From positions 4,640,001-4,704,000 of the forward strand of contig JASGHG010000001.1 in the NCBI GenBank assembly GCA_047602425.1: a DNA stretch of 64,000 nt, given 5' to 3'. The notes under the pieces are model-generated. The model ran no database searches. It had not been told where the DNA came from and was given only the letters and a program-made list of their open reading frames with translations. A program made the translations under genes and the position numbers. Positions 39,868 to 50,388 of the stretch are shown piece by piece (the stretch's first letter is position 1; the number at the start of each line of letters is the position of its first letter). This DNA is from Nibricoccus sp. Lineage in GTDB: Bacteria; Verrucomicrobiota; Verrucomicrobiia; Opitutales; Opitutaceae.

Positions 39868-40497
39868 TTAAGAAAACCACTTCACCGCCAGATCGCCCAG
39901 TTGCCAAAGGCCGAAGCCCAGGATCAAGGCGCCGGCGACCATATTGATGACATGCAAGGTGCGATGGCCGAGCTTGCGACCGAGCCAGCCCGCGATGCTG
40001 CAAAGAAAAACCCACCACAGCGCGGATCCTAAAAAAATTCCGACCGCCAGTCGCAGGGTTTCGAAATGAGTCTGCTCCGTGCCACTCACATTGAAGGCTG
40101 CCACCACGCCAACAAGGCCGATCAGCGTCAGGGGATTGGATAACGTTAACAGCAGGGTGAAAAGCCAGGCCCAGAAAAGATTTCTCTCGTGCAGCGGGCG
40201 CTTGGCCGCGTTGGGATCCTTGGCGCGAAAGGTGCGCGTTCCGAGCACAACCATGAACAAACCGCCAATCAATTGAAGCGCGCTGCGGTGACTGGTGATC
40301 AACGAAGTGATGGCGGACACGCCGAGGGCCGCGACCAAGCCGCAAAGAAGATCGGCGGTCGCGGCGCCCAGGCCTGAAACGATGCCCGATAAGCGTCCCT
40401 CGTTGAGCGTGCGTCGGATGATGAGCAGCGCAATGGGCCCGACCGGCGCGGCGACGATGAAACCGATTTTGAGGCCTGTATAAAAAAAATCGCTCAT
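39868..40497 (-). CDS. LysE family translocator
   Basis: AAPVGPI, GLGAATAD, TLSNP; multiple TM helices. Confidence 0.88.
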   Translation of the reverse strand: MSDFFYTGLKIGFIVAAPVGPIALLIIRRTLNEGRLSGIVSGLGAATADLLCGLVAALGVSAITSLITSHRSALQLIGGLFMVVLGTRTFRAKDPNAAKRPLHERNLFWAWLFTLLLTLSNPLTLIGLVGVVAAFNVSGTEQTHFETLRLAVGIFLGSALWWVFLCSIAGWLGRKLGHRTLHVINMVAGALILGFGLWQLGDLAVKWFS

Positions 40498-40570
40498 GCC
40501 TGTGACTGGTCAGCAAGGCTGATTCAGGGTCGCTTTGCAATCGACGAAGTGCACAACTGTTTCGCAGGCA

Positions 40571-40605
40571 CAAAAAAGCCAGCGGCGCGAGCCACTGGCT
40601 TTTTG
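40571..40605. terminator. Intrinsic terminator downstream of greA
   Basis: aaaaaagccagcggc-gcga-gccactggcttttt. Confidence 0.85.
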
Positions 40606-40644
40606 AAGGGGAAAGTTGAAGGAACGGTTGAAGAACCAATCTGC

Positions 40645-42489
40645 TTAGCTGGCGTCGACGTAACGCGAGATGCGTGTAACCGTGTACGTCTCTTCGGAAG
40701 TGCCGATTTTGACCTTCACGCTGTCGCCAATTTTCTTCGAGAGAAGCGCAAGGCCGAGCGGAGTCTTGTAGGCGATGATGTTCTTTTCCGGCACGCTGTC
40801 CCAAGCGCCAAGGATCGAGTAGCGGGCGGTGTTGCCGGAGGCGCCGACTTTGACCTCGACGACGCTGCCGATACCAACCTGGTCGTTGGTGGCTTCGGTG
40901 AAATCGGTGATGCGAGCGCGGCCGAGTTCTTTTTCGAGCAGAGACTTCTGGGCCATGAGCACCTGCTGATCCTGCTTGGCCATCTTGTATTCGGAATTTT
41001 CCTTGAGATCGCCATGCTCGCGAGCGGCGGCGATGGCCTTGGAGTTCTCCGGAATTTTCTGGGATTTGATGGTTTCGTATTCCTCGCGTTTACGCTCGTA
41101 GCTGTCGCGGGAAACGAGGAGCTGCTCTTCCTTGCCCTCGGCGTCGCCGGCGACGATCGATTGGATCGAGGGGAAGATTTTGATGAAGCGGGCGAGCAGC
41201 GATTTTTTCGTCAGCTCTTCGAAGCCTTGGTTCAAGAGCAGGGTATTCGCGAGGTCGCGAGCGGTTTCCGGATCGGCGGTCGAAAGAAGATCGCCGATGA
41301 GCTCGGTGTCATCGCTAAGGATTTCCGCGAGCGGAATACGACGTGCACTGGAAGCTTGGAGCGCCTCGTAATCGATCGCGAAGAAAATGGCGCTGAGGAG
41401 GCGCGGCGTGATGAGGTCGTGAAGCAGCTTGGCGAATTTCTTCGAATGGCGATTCTTGACGATCCAGAGAAGAACGGGAGCGCGGAGGTTTTGCTCGACC
41501 TGCCAACGCTTGAGCGCGGCGGCGAGTTCGTCGGCGTGACCGTTTTCGACGAGGAAATTGATGCACTCGGTGGTGAATTTGCCCTGGCTGGTCTTCAGCA
41601 GATTGAAGGCGATGTCGCGAGTCTCGACCGGGTGGGTTTCTTTGACGAGGTCGAGGAAACGGCCTTGGAATTGGACGGGAATTTTGTCGGCCATGTCCGC
41701 GAGTTCGCGAACGTCGGAGACGAGGGAAGCCTGACTCGGTTCAAAGGCGGTTTCGTCGCCGATGGCTTTGGCGAGTTGATCGCGCACATGCGCGCCGTAG
41801 AGACGTTCGGCCGCGTCGATCTGGTTGCTGTCTTTCACAGCTTCGGCGACACCGGTGAGAATGGCTTTGAGGTCAGTTTTGACTTCCTTGGACTCGATCG
41901 CGGAAATGAGATCTTCGGCGAGGCTGATGCGGCGGCGGGCCGAACGCGTGCCGTTGAATTGCTCAAGGATCTCGTCTTCGGCGGAAACGGGGGTTTCGCG
42001 GAGGATGTAGCACTCGGTTTTCTTGGCCGGGATGGCGATGCGCGGGTCCTTGGCGACCGCTTTCTTCGCAGACGACCACCATTTTTTAAACTTATCTTCA
42101 CCGATGACTTGGGCGAGGGTGAGCTCCAGGTCGATCGCGGTGGTGGCGTTGTTGGGATAAGATTGGAGGGCCTCGACGATGAGCTGAGCGGGATTGTTTT
42201 CGATGAGGTCGTTGATCTTGGCCGTGTCGGTTTGTTTGCGGACCAGCAGATGGTTGGCTGGGAGGACATCCATGGTGGTCACACAAAAGGCGGGGTCCAT
42301 CTGATGGGACTTCTTGCCCTCGAAATCGATGACGAGCTTGAGCGCGCTTTCGTCGAAGGATTTGATCTGACCGAAGCCCCAGCTGCGGTGAACGACATAA
42401 CTGCCGGATTTCATGGCCTCCAACTTGGCTTTGGACGCCTTAAGCGTCGGGTTTTTGGCGATGAGTGCAGATACAGCTTCCGAATTCAT
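40645..42489 (-). CDS. greA: Long-form transcription elongation factor GreA (large N-terminal extension)
   Basis: C-terminal AREHGDLKENSEY and TPLGLALL; about 450-aa N-terminal region. Confidence 0.88.
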   Translation of the reverse strand: MNSEAVSALIAKNPTLKASKAKLEAMKSGSYVVHRSWGFGQIKSFDESALKLVIDFEGKKSHQMDPAFCVTTMDVLPANHLLVRKQTDTAKINDLIENNPAQLIVEALQSYPNNATTAIDLELTLAQVIGEDKFKKWWSSAKKAVAKDPRIAIPAKKTECYILRETPVSAEDEILEQFNGTRSARRRISLAEDLISAIESKEVKTDLKAILTGVAEAVKDSNQIDAAERLYGAHVRDQLAKAIGDETAFEPSQASLVSDVRELADMADKIPVQFQGRFLDLVKETHPVETRDIAFNLLKTSQGKFTTECINFLVENGHADELAAALKRWQVEQNLRAPVLLWIVKNRHSKKFAKLLHDLITPRLLSAIFFAIDYEALQASSARRIPLAEILSDDTELIGDLLSTADPETARDLANTLLLNQGFEELTKKSLLARFIKIFPSIQSIVAGDAEGKEEQLLVSRDSYERKREEYETIKSQKIPENSKAIAAAREHGDLKENSEYKMAKQDQQVLMAQKSLLEKELGRARITDFTEATNDQVGIGSVVEVKVGASGNTARYSILGAWDSVPEKNIIAYKTPLGLALLSKKIGDSVKVKIGTSEETYTVTRISRYVDAS

Positions 42490-42624
42490 AGAGAGTGGTT
42501 TTGCGAGTCTGAACCGACAAGTTGAGGGCATCGGGGGGGTGGATGTCAACAACCGCGCTGCAAATGTGTGCGGTGCCTCAGGCTTCGGTCTTGCAAACAC
42601 GAAGCATGCGCAGAGCGTGACGCG

Positions 42625-43944
42625 ATGGAAAAAAATGACGTCCACGTCGCGACAACCCCTTGGTCAGCCGCAGTAAAATTATTGGAGCGCTGGCTGGAAA
42701 ACAATGAGCGGGTCGACGCGTTGCTCGAAACTTTGCCGCGCACGTTGACGGGCGTCGACCGTGGGCGTTGCCAAAGTCTCCTCTTTGGCGCCTTGCGCAA
42801 TCTGGGCCGCATCGAGGCGCATACAACGAAACTGATCGAGCGTCCGCCACGAGCCCGGCTGCGCGCTGTGCTGTTGGTCGCGGGCTTCGAATTGATCGAA
42901 GGCGGTGACGAACATCATGTCGCGCGCGTCGTTCACCACGCCGTTGAACAAACAAAAACCCTCGCAAGCCCTGCGGAGGCGCGGTTGGTCAACGCCGTGG
43001 TCCGCAAACTTGCGGCCGCGCTCGCCGCGGAGTCCGCTCCGCCGAAGTTGGCGACGGCCGATCAGCTGGCCGCCTATTATTCTCACCCGAAATGGCTGGT
43101 CGAACGCTGGCTTTCGCAATTCGGCGCGCCGGCCACCCGTGAATTTCTTGAATGGAATCAAAAACCCTCGTCCGTCTACGCCCGCTGGCGTTTGCGCGAG
43201 CGCGGGCCGTCGCCCGACGAACTCGCATGGCTGACGCCCACGGCTTGGGCTGGTTTTTATGAGGTCAAGCAGGGCAATTGGGCCAACATCGAAGCGTTGC
43301 TGGCCGCGGGAGCCCTGTATTTGCAGGATCCGTCTACGCGGCTCGCCGTCGAACTGCTCGCCCCGCAGCCCGGCGAAACGATTCTGGACACTTGTGCCGC
43401 ACCCGGTGGAAAAAGCGTCGCCATCGCCGACGCCATGCGCAGTACGGGTGATGTCGCGGCGGGCCGTGTCGTCGCGATGGATCTGCCCGGTGATCGTATC
43501 GAGCGACTCAAAGAGAATCTCGGCCGCGTCACGGGCGTGGATGTCGCCTTGGTTCAAGCCGACATCGCCAAAGCCAATCCACGGCTTTTCGAAGACTTGA
43601 ATCTTCCGTCCGAATATAAAGCGGTGCTCATCGATGTGCCATGTTCGAACACCGGCGTGATGCGCCATCGTGTCGATGTCCGCTGGCGTTTGCAGGAAAA
43701 TGATTTTGCAAAACACGCCCGCCAACAACGGGACTTGTTATACTGGGCCTCTCGACGCGTGGCACCGGGCGGGCGTCTCGTTTACAGCACATGCAGCGTC
43801 GACGCCGAAGAAAACGAACGTGTGATCAGCGCGTTTCTCGAAAAGTCGGGCGGACGCTTCGCGCTGGCAGATTCCGCGGTGACGCTGCCGTGGATGTCGG
43901 GCCACGATGGCGCGGCCGCATTTTTGCTCGTGCGCAAAGCGTGA
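42625..43944 (+). CDS. rsmB: RsmB/Sun RNA m5C methyltransferase
   Basis: NusB-like N-terminus, SHPKWL, QDPST, DTCAAPGGK, DVPCSNTG, YSTCS. Confidence 0.85.
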   Translation: MEKNDVHVATTPWSAAVKLLERWLENNERVDALLETLPRTLTGVDRGRCQSLLFGALRNLGRIEAHTTKLIERPPRARLRAVLLVAGFELIEGGDEHHVARVVHHAVEQTKTLASPAEARLVNAVVRKLAAALAAESAPPKLATADQLAAYYSHPKWLVERWLSQFGAPATREFLEWNQKPSSVYARWRLRERGPSPDELAWLTPTAWAGFYEVKQGNWANIEALLAAGALYLQDPSTRLAVELLAPQPGETILDTCAAPGGKSVAIADAMRSTGDVAAGRVVAMDLPGDRIERLKENLGRVTGVDVALVQADIAKANPRLFEDLNLPSEYKAVLIDVPCSNTGVMRHRVDVRWRLQENDFAKHARQQRDLLYWASRRVAPGGRLVYSTCSVDAEENERVISAFLEKSGGRFALADSAVTLPWMSGHDGAAAFLLVRKA

Positions 43945-44160
43945 GGCCAGACAGGTCGCGCGCTCTTAGCCTCCGGCCAAGCCGTGATCGCCACGTCGTC
44001 CATCTCCGGTGACGTGGGTTTTGGGGTTGCATGCTTGGTTAGCTGAATCGCATCGCTGTCTTTCTCCACGTCGGCTCCCTACATGACCTGCGGTAATCCG
44101 CCGGATGGCGAAGGTATTTGCCGATCTATATTTTGAGAGCCCAACGTGGAGGAAAACCAA

Positions 44161-45714
44161 ATGACGAATTTATATTACAAGAAGCTGCGCATGGCTCTCA
44201 CGATCGGCGGATTTGTTTTCGCTGTTACAATGGTTATGAAACTGAGCATGAGTGCGGCCAACCCGCCGACACCGGCTCCGCTGCCAGATGCTACCGAGGA
44301 CGCGCAAACGCCGCGTCCCATGCCCGGAAACCGGCCAGAACAGAAAAAGAATGCCCACGACACATCGGGAGTCTTCGGGGCGGAGAAGGCGCCACCGGCA
44401 TCCACGGCGTTTCAAGCGCAGCCTGATCAGGGCGAAATGAAGGGCTTCGATTTTGCGCGCGATCCATTGAACGCGAAAACACCGAACGAAAGCCCAGAGG
44501 CAATCATGAAGGCTGACATCGCCGCGAAGGACGGTGTCATGTCCAAGCAGCGCGAACTTTTGGCGCAGCGTTACGATCTTACGCCACGCCTCGATCCGGA
44601 GGTGAAGATGACTCGCGGCAAACCGATCGCGGTGGGCCCCACGGCGAAACTGCGCAGCGGACTCACCTGGGAGCGGCTGGCCAATCTGTCGGCTGATCAA
44701 ATCCGCAGCCAGGGTGTTTTCCCGTACCCGTCATTGCCCCACCCGAAACAATCGACAGGAGGACAAGTTTTCCCCCAGGTCCAAATTGAAATGTTTCCAA
44801 GGCTTCAACGCTTCGACGTCGATTTCGATTTGCCCGAGGCGTTTCTGCCGGAATTTCCGGCGGCGATCTTTTTGCAGAACCGTCCGGAGCTGGGCGACGT
44901 TTCACGCGGCGAGGTGGTGTCCATCAATAATTTCTTCCGCTTGTTCAAAGATATCCTGACGCCTGTGCAATTGGACGGTCTCCAGTTTCTGGTTACACCT
45001 TTTCCTCAGGAGGAATTTAACCCGACCGACGATCGGAAAACCATGAACCCGAGTCTGGGAGTTTCATGTTTTGACTGTCACGTCAACGGGCACACGACCG
45101 GTCAGTTTCACCTCTCCCCAGATATACGCCCCCAGCAGCGTAGGTTTCGTTTGGATACAACGAGTTTGCGCGGCCTGTTTAATCAGCAGATTCACGGATC
45201 GAAACGCAGTCTGCGCTCGGTGGAAGATTTCACGGAATTCGAGCAGCGAACCGCCTATTTCAACGGCGATCCGATTCGCGCGATTAAAAAGGGTGCCAAT
45301 ATTCTCGACCGCGTTCGGGTGAGCCACATGGCGCAATTGCAGAACATGCTCGATTTTCCGCCTGCCCCAAAATTGACGCCAGCGGGTCGTTTGGATCCGA
45401 CGAAGGCCTCGACAAAAGAAATGCGGGGAGAAGCGGTGTTTTTTGGAAAAGGTCAGTGTGCCAGCTGCCACACTCCGCCGGCCTACATGGACCAGCAAAT
45501 GCATGATCTGCACGTGGAGCGGTTTCTCAACGAAGGTCCGGACGGCCCGATCAAGACCTTTACCCTCCGTGGAATCAAGGAAAGTCCGCCGTACCTTCAC
45601 GATGGACGCTGCCTGACGCTCGAAGATACGGTTGAATTCTTTAACCTTGTGCTTGAACTAAAGCTCAATGCCGAGGAAAAGTCCGACCTCGTCGCCTTTA
45701 TGCGTGTTTTGTGA
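44161..45714 (+). CDS. Exported di-heme c-type cytochrome (CCP/MauG-related fold)
   Basis: N-terminal hydrophobic segment; CFDCH and CASCH; RGEAVFFGK; SPPYLHDG. Confidence 0.8.
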   Translation: MTNLYYKKLRMALTIGGFVFAVTMVMKLSMSAANPPTPAPLPDATEDAQTPRPMPGNRPEQKKNAHDTSGVFGAEKAPPASTAFQAQPDQGEMKGFDFARDPLNAKTPNESPEAIMKADIAAKDGVMSKQRELLAQRYDLTPRLDPEVKMTRGKPIAVGPTAKLRSGLTWERLANLSADQIRSQGVFPYPSLPHPKQSTGGQVFPQVQIEMFPRLQRFDVDFDLPEAFLPEFPAAIFLQNRPELGDVSRGEVVSINNFFRLFKDILTPVQLDGLQFLVTPFPQEEFNPTDDRKTMNPSLGVSCFDCHVNGHTTGQFHLSPDIRPQQRRFRLDTTSLRGLFNQQIHGSKRSLRSVEDFTEFEQRTAYFNGDPIRAIKKGANILDRVRVSHMAQLQNMLDFPPAPKLTPAGRLDPTKASTKEMRGEAVFFGKGQCASCHTPPAYMDQQMHDLHVERFLNEGPDGPIKTFTLRGIKESPPYLHDGRCLTLEDTVEFFNLVLELKLNAEEKSDLVAFMRVL

Positions 45715-45800
45715 GCGGTCGCCGCGAAACAGAACCGAGATCGGCTGGGGCAGGGTGGGACGCAGCATGGTTGGTCCTGCCTTCGGCACCCGCAGTCCGA

Positions 45801-47360
45801 TCATCGGTGGCTCGTCCACTGCGCGTCATTATCCTTTGCAATGCGAGCCATGGAACGGTGGCTCAGTACGGACATGTCGTCTCGTCGCGGGCTGATTGCC
45901 GTCGCAGGGCGGCCCGATTTTGCGATCAGCCACACATCCTTTCCGTCGTCGCTCCGGATTTTGAACATGTGCCATTCGCCCTTCAGTTTTTTGCCCCTCA
46001 GCAAAAGTTTTAGACTGCCGGATTCCACGCTCCCGCTGAGCAATTCATAGGTGCCGATGTCCCAGACCATGACGGTGCCGCCGCCGTATTGGCCTTTGGG
46101 AATGGTTCCTTCGAAGCGCATGTAGTCGAGTGGATGGTCCTCCACGGCGAAGGCGGAACGCTTCACGCCGAGCTCCGTCGGCACGCCCTTGGGAATTGCC
46201 CATGATTTTAATGTACCATCCATCTCCAGGCGGAAATCGTAATGCAGGTGGGAAGCCGCATGCTTTTGAATGACGAACCGGGAGCCTCCGTTCGCGTCGT
46301 TCGATCTGGCGTTTTTTGCTTGGCGCCCTTTTCTCCTGCCGGTGGACGAAGGTTCGGCTGTCTTGGTGAAATCGCGTTTCGCCTCGTAGGCCGCGAGTTT
46401 TTGTTTTGAGTTTTCCGGCGGGTCCACCGCCGGGCTTTGGCGGGCGAAGGCGCGGGGCAGTTTTTGTTTCAACACGAGAACGGGCGCAAAAAGGTCGCCC
46501 TTCTTTTCGAGTCTTTTCACCGCGGCATCGGGGGAAAAGAAAAGCGCGTCGGTTTTTTTGCTTCGCTCGGCTTTCTTGAACTCCTCCCACGTGACGGGCA
46601 TGGAAATATAGGGTTCGTCGCGTTTTCCGCGCATCGAATAAACGGATACGGTGGTCTTGGAGCGGGAGTTTTGACTCCAATCGATCAGCACTTTGCCTCG
46701 GCGCAGTTCCTTGGGCATGGCGCTTACGACCAGCTTGGGTTGTTGCTTGGCGAGTAGTTCGGCCACCGCTTTGGCGAAAGCCCCGGTTTCCTCATAGGTG
46801 GCCGCCGTGTTGAGCGGCAGATAGATCTGAAGTCCTTTCGATCCGGAAACCTTGGGAAAAATTTCCAGTTTCAAACCGTCGGTGATTTCCTTGATGAGAA
46901 AAGCGACGCGGATGCAGGTGAGGAGATCGGCGCCTTCACCCGGATCGAGATCGAAAACGACATGGGTGGGACAATCGAGCTTTGGCACGCGATGGAGAAA
47001 CGGATGCAATTCCATGGCCGCCATGTTGGCGCACCAAGCAAGTGTTTCGGCATCGTTGATCAGCAAATAGTCGATCTCACCCTCATGATGGCGGCGCGGC
47101 ACCGAGAAAGTCTTGATCCATGAAGGGCGGAAACGCGGCGCATTTTTTTCGTAGAAGCGCTCGCCCGTAATGCCATCGGTGAAGCGGATGGTTGTAATCG
47201 GGCGATCCCGAAGATGTGGCAGGATCGCAGGCGCCGCTTGCAGATAATAGTGAATCATTTCCCCCTTGGTGAATTTGGTCTTGGGGAAAAATATTTTTTC
47301 CAGATTGGAAAATTTCACCTCACGCTCTGGCGCGTCCGGAACTTTTTTATTTTTCGGCAT
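45801..47360 (-). CDS. ligD: NHEJ LigD polymerase domain fused to 3'-phosphoesterase domain
   Basis: FDLDPG, KVSGSKGLQ, DWSQN (Pol); YEAKRDF, FVIQKHAASHLHYDFRLE (PE). Confidence 0.92.
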   Translation of the reverse strand: MPKNKKVPDAPEREVKFSNLEKIFFPKTKFTKGEMIHYYLQAAPAILPHLRDRPITTIRFTDGITGERFYEKNAPRFRPSWIKTFSVPRRHHEGEIDYLLINDAETLAWCANMAAMELHPFLHRVPKLDCPTHVVFDLDPGEGADLLTCIRVAFLIKEITDGLKLEIFPKVSGSKGLQIYLPLNTAATYEETGAFAKAVAELLAKQQPKLVVSAMPKELRRGKVLIDWSQNSRSKTTVSVYSMRGKRDEPYISMPVTWEEFKKAERSKKTDALFFSPDAAVKRLEKKGDLFAPVLVLKQKLPRAFARQSPAVDPPENSKQKLAAYEAKRDFTKTAEPSSTGRRKGRQAKNARSNDANGGSRFVIQKHAASHLHYDFRLEMDGTLKSWAIPKGVPTELGVKRSAFAVEDHPLDYMRFEGTIPKGQYGGGTVMVWDIGTYELLSGSVESGSLKLLLRGKKLKGEWHMFKIRSDDGKDVWLIAKSGRPATAISPRRDDMSVLSHRSMARIAKDNDAQWTSHR

Positions 47361-47386
47361 GACACAAAAATCCAGAGATGCGCCAA

Positions 47387-48232
47387 TCACGCAGCGCTGC
47401 GACGCGCGGTTTTGGTTGGTTTGGCGGCTTTGCGTTTCGTGGGCTTAGAAGTTCCGCGTGCTTCGGCCAGGCTCTGCTGGAGAATCGAAGCGAGATCGAT
47501 GACATTGGTCGCTGGTTTCTCGTGCTTGGTTCCGCCGGGAAGTTCTTTTCCGCCAGCCGCGACCTTGCGGTCGATTAGTTTCATCAAGGCGGATTTGTAT
47601 TCGTCGGTATAACGACGCGGATCCCAATCCTCCGTCATTTGTTTCACGAGAGTTTTGGCCATTTCCAATTCGCGTTTGCCAATCGTCTTGCCACCGGTGG
47701 CCTGCTTGACGGTTTCGGCGGGGACAAGTTCATCGGCGAAGTGCATCAGTTCGAGCACGAGCAAATTGCCATTGGCCTTCACGGCGGCGAGATGTTGACG
47801 GGTGCGGATGACAACTTTGGCGATACCGGCTTTGTTCGTGTCGGCGAGAACATCGCGAAGCAGCGCGTAGGTGCTGGAACCGCCTTTTTGCGCCTCCAAA
47901 TAATAAGGCCGGTGGAAAAACATCGGGTTGATTTGCGAGATCTCGACGAAATCGACGATGTCGATCGTGTCCGTTGCCTCGAGATCGACACGCCGAAAAT
48001 CCTCGTCCTTGAGCACGACAAATTTTCCTTTTTCGTATTCGTAACCTTTGACGATTTGGTCCCAAGGCACCTCTTTGCCGTCGATGGCCGCGACACGTTT
48101 ATAATTCACCGGGCTCATGTCCTTGGCGCGGAGCAGGCGGAATTTGAGCTCCTCGGTGCGCGTGGCGTTTTGCAGGGCCACGGGAATGCTAACCAAACCA
48201 AAACTGATGGAACCTTTCCAAATTGCGCGCAT
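47387..48232 (-). CDS. ku: NHEJ Ku protein
   Basis: IWKGSISFGLVSIPV, IVKGYEY, NVIDL, basic tail. Confidence 0.96.
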   Translation of the reverse strand: MRAIWKGSISFGLVSIPVALQNATRTEELKFRLLRAKDMSPVNYKRVAAIDGKEVPWDQIVKGYEYEKGKFVVLKDEDFRRVDLEATDTIDIVDFVEISQINPMFFHRPYYLEAQKGGSSTYALLRDVLADTNKAGIAKVVIRTRQHLAAVKANGNLLVLELMHFADELVPAETVKQATGGKTIGKRELEMAKTLVKQMTEDWDPRRYTDEYKSALMKLIDRKVAAGGKELPGGTKHEKPATNVIDLASILQQSLAEARGTSKPTKRKAAKPTKTARRSAA

Positions 48233-48253
48233 GGCAAAACCTTTTGTTAGGGG

Positions 48254-49312
48254 TTAATGGGTGGAGTTAAAACGGCCGTTTTGTTTCTTTACGGAGGTTG
48301 CGGCTCCCGCTTCGCGCCGGACTTCCGTGGCGGCCTTGTCCTTGCGCAAGCCAAGGAAAACGGGCTGTCGCAACAGGCCGTCGTGCGTCCATTCGCCAAA
48401 GCGAATTTGGGCGACAAACTTGGGGTCGAGCCAGGTGACCTTTCTCATTTCGGCGCGTGTCATTCCTTGACCGAAACGCGGCCGCCGCTCCATGGGCAGA
48501 TTTGAAAAGGGGCAGTCGTCGCGCTGAATTTTCGAGAATAAACCGTGGAGTTTTTGCAGCGCTGCGAAATCGAAACCCGTGCCGACTTTCCCGGCGTAGA
48601 GAAGTTTGCCGCGCTGATAATAACCGACAAGAATCGCGCCGAAATACGAACGGCTATTGCGTGGCTCGGTGAAACCGCCAATCACGAATTCCTGTTCGTT
48701 TAAAACTTTCCATTTCAGCCACGCGCCGGACCGGCGATCGGGTTCGTATAACGAGGCGGGTCGTTTCGCGATGAGACCTTCCAAGCCCTGTTCCTGGATT
48801 TTCGGCATCAGGTGGGCGGGCTCGATCACGAAAACGGGCGAGAGTTGCAAGGGAGCCATTGGACGCTTCAGAAGTTTTTCCAGCGCGGCGCGACGCTCTT
48901 CGATGGGACGTGACATGAAGTCTTCGTCATCGAGCTGAACGAGGTCGAAAAGACAGTAAGCGATAGGGGGCCGCGCGGCGGAAATTTCTCGCGCTTGCAG
49001 CAACTGAAACCGCGAGCGGCCCGCTTCGTCGAGAGCGACGATTTCGCCATCAAGAATGGCGCTGCGGCATTTAAGAGCCCCGAGGGCTTTGACGATTTCG
49101 GGATAGTCGGCGGATATGTTTTTTTCGTTACGCGACCACAGTTCAGCGGCGCCGTCGTCAAGCAGCGCCAGCGCGCGATAGCCGTCGAATTTAATTTCGC
49201 AACGCCACGTTCCCGAGGGCGGAGTCGAGACACCCAACGCCTTCATGGGAATCACAAAGGATGGCGAGCGTGGAGACCGTTGGCCCAGGGAAGTGGTTGC
49301 GCGAAATGACAT
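48254..49312 (-). CDS. ligD: ATP-dependent DNA ligase (LigD ligase domain, stand-alone)
   Basis: EIKFDGYR, LDGEIV, EGLIAK, WLKWK, GKVGTGF, LRQPVFLGLR. Confidence 0.92.
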   Translation of the reverse strand: MSFRATTSLGQRSPRSPSFVIPMKALGVSTPPSGTWRCEIKFDGYRALALLDDGAAELWSRNEKNISADYPEIVKALGALKCRSAILDGEIVALDEAGRSRFQLLQAREISAARPPIAYCLFDLVQLDDEDFMSRPIEERRAALEKLLKRPMAPLQLSPVFVIEPAHLMPKIQEQGLEGLIAKRPASLYEPDRRSGAWLKWKVLNEQEFVIGGFTEPRNSRSYFGAILVGYYQRGKLLYAGKVGTGFDFAALQKLHGLFSKIQRDDCPFSNLPMERRPRFGQGMTRAEMRKVTWLDPKFVAQIRFGEWTHDGLLRQPVFLGLRKDKAATEVRREAGAATSVKKQNGRFNSTH

Positions 49313-49325
49313 GATGGGGGTAATG

Positions 49326-50388
49326 CTAGGATTTTGCGCGTGAGTTGCGGACGGCTCGGTGTGCTTTGGGCTTCTTGCGAGTCGTTCGGCGGCCTGCATT
49401 TTCGCCACCGCGCCGGTTGCGCCACGGCCAGTTGGCAGCTGTACGTGGCTTTTCGGTGATTTTTTCGATGGCGGGTGGTTCGTCTGGGGCAGGGCCGATT
49501 TCAAGGAAGTGCGCGAGGCGCATGGCATCGTAGGGCGCGCGAACCTTAACATCGTTGTCGAAATAGACGAAAATGTCGCGACCGGCGGCTCGCGGAGAAA
49601 CCGGCGAAACGAGACGCTGCCCGGCCGCCAGATTCCCGCCGCTGTGCCAGGTGCGCAATTTTTTCTCCCAGGAGCGCAACGCCTTTTCCGTATAACCGCT
49701 GACATAGAGCTCTTCGTCACCATGCAGACGGATGTAGATGAAATCGGAGGTGACGTCTTGGATCAGGGGCCATTTTCCCGCGGTATCGGCGACGACCGCA
49801 GCGACATCATGCTTGCGCAGCAAATTCACGAAGTCGGGCGTCATGAACGAACCATGGCGAACCTCCAAGGCATGGCGAAGGGGACGATTGCGACCGGTCT
49901 TGGTCCAGGCATCGGAAAGCCGTTCGTCATGTCTTTTCGCCAGCCGCGCGGCCTCAGCGGTATCACGTGGCAGCAATTTGAAAAATGCGACGAGACGCTC
50001 CGGATCAAAAGGCAGGCTGGGCGGCAGTTGCCAGAGAAGCGGCCCGAGTTTTTCCTCCAGCAAAAGCAACCCTGACGCGAAAAAGTTCGCGACAGGCCCC
50101 TCGATTTCCTTAAGCCGCCGGATGTGCGTTACGTAGCGCGGGCATTTCACCGAGAAAACAAAATCGTCCGGCGTTTGTTTGTACCAACTGCGATAACTCG
50201 ACGAGCCGCTGCGTGGAGTAGAAAGTGCCGTTGATTTCGATCGAATTGACCTGACGCGAGGCATAGGCGAGTTCGTCTTTTTGCGGGAGATCCGCCGGAA
50301 AAAACGTTTTCCGCCAAGGAGGATAACGCCAACCGGAAATGCCAATACGATAGGACGGCGCCGAGTTTTTTTTCGCGGAACGATTCAC
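49326..50388 (-). pseudogene. DUF72 family gene with single frameshift near 50204
   Basis: N-part RIGISGWRY..EINGTFYSTQR in one frame; C-part SYRSWYKQTPDDFVFSVK..YIRLHG..YFDND in another. Confidence 0.85.

Noticed and set aside
40549..42525. 658-aa plus-strand ORF and similar long antisense ORFs elsewhere
   Set aside because: Typical high-GC antisense shadows of well-supported genes, with no recognisable motifs
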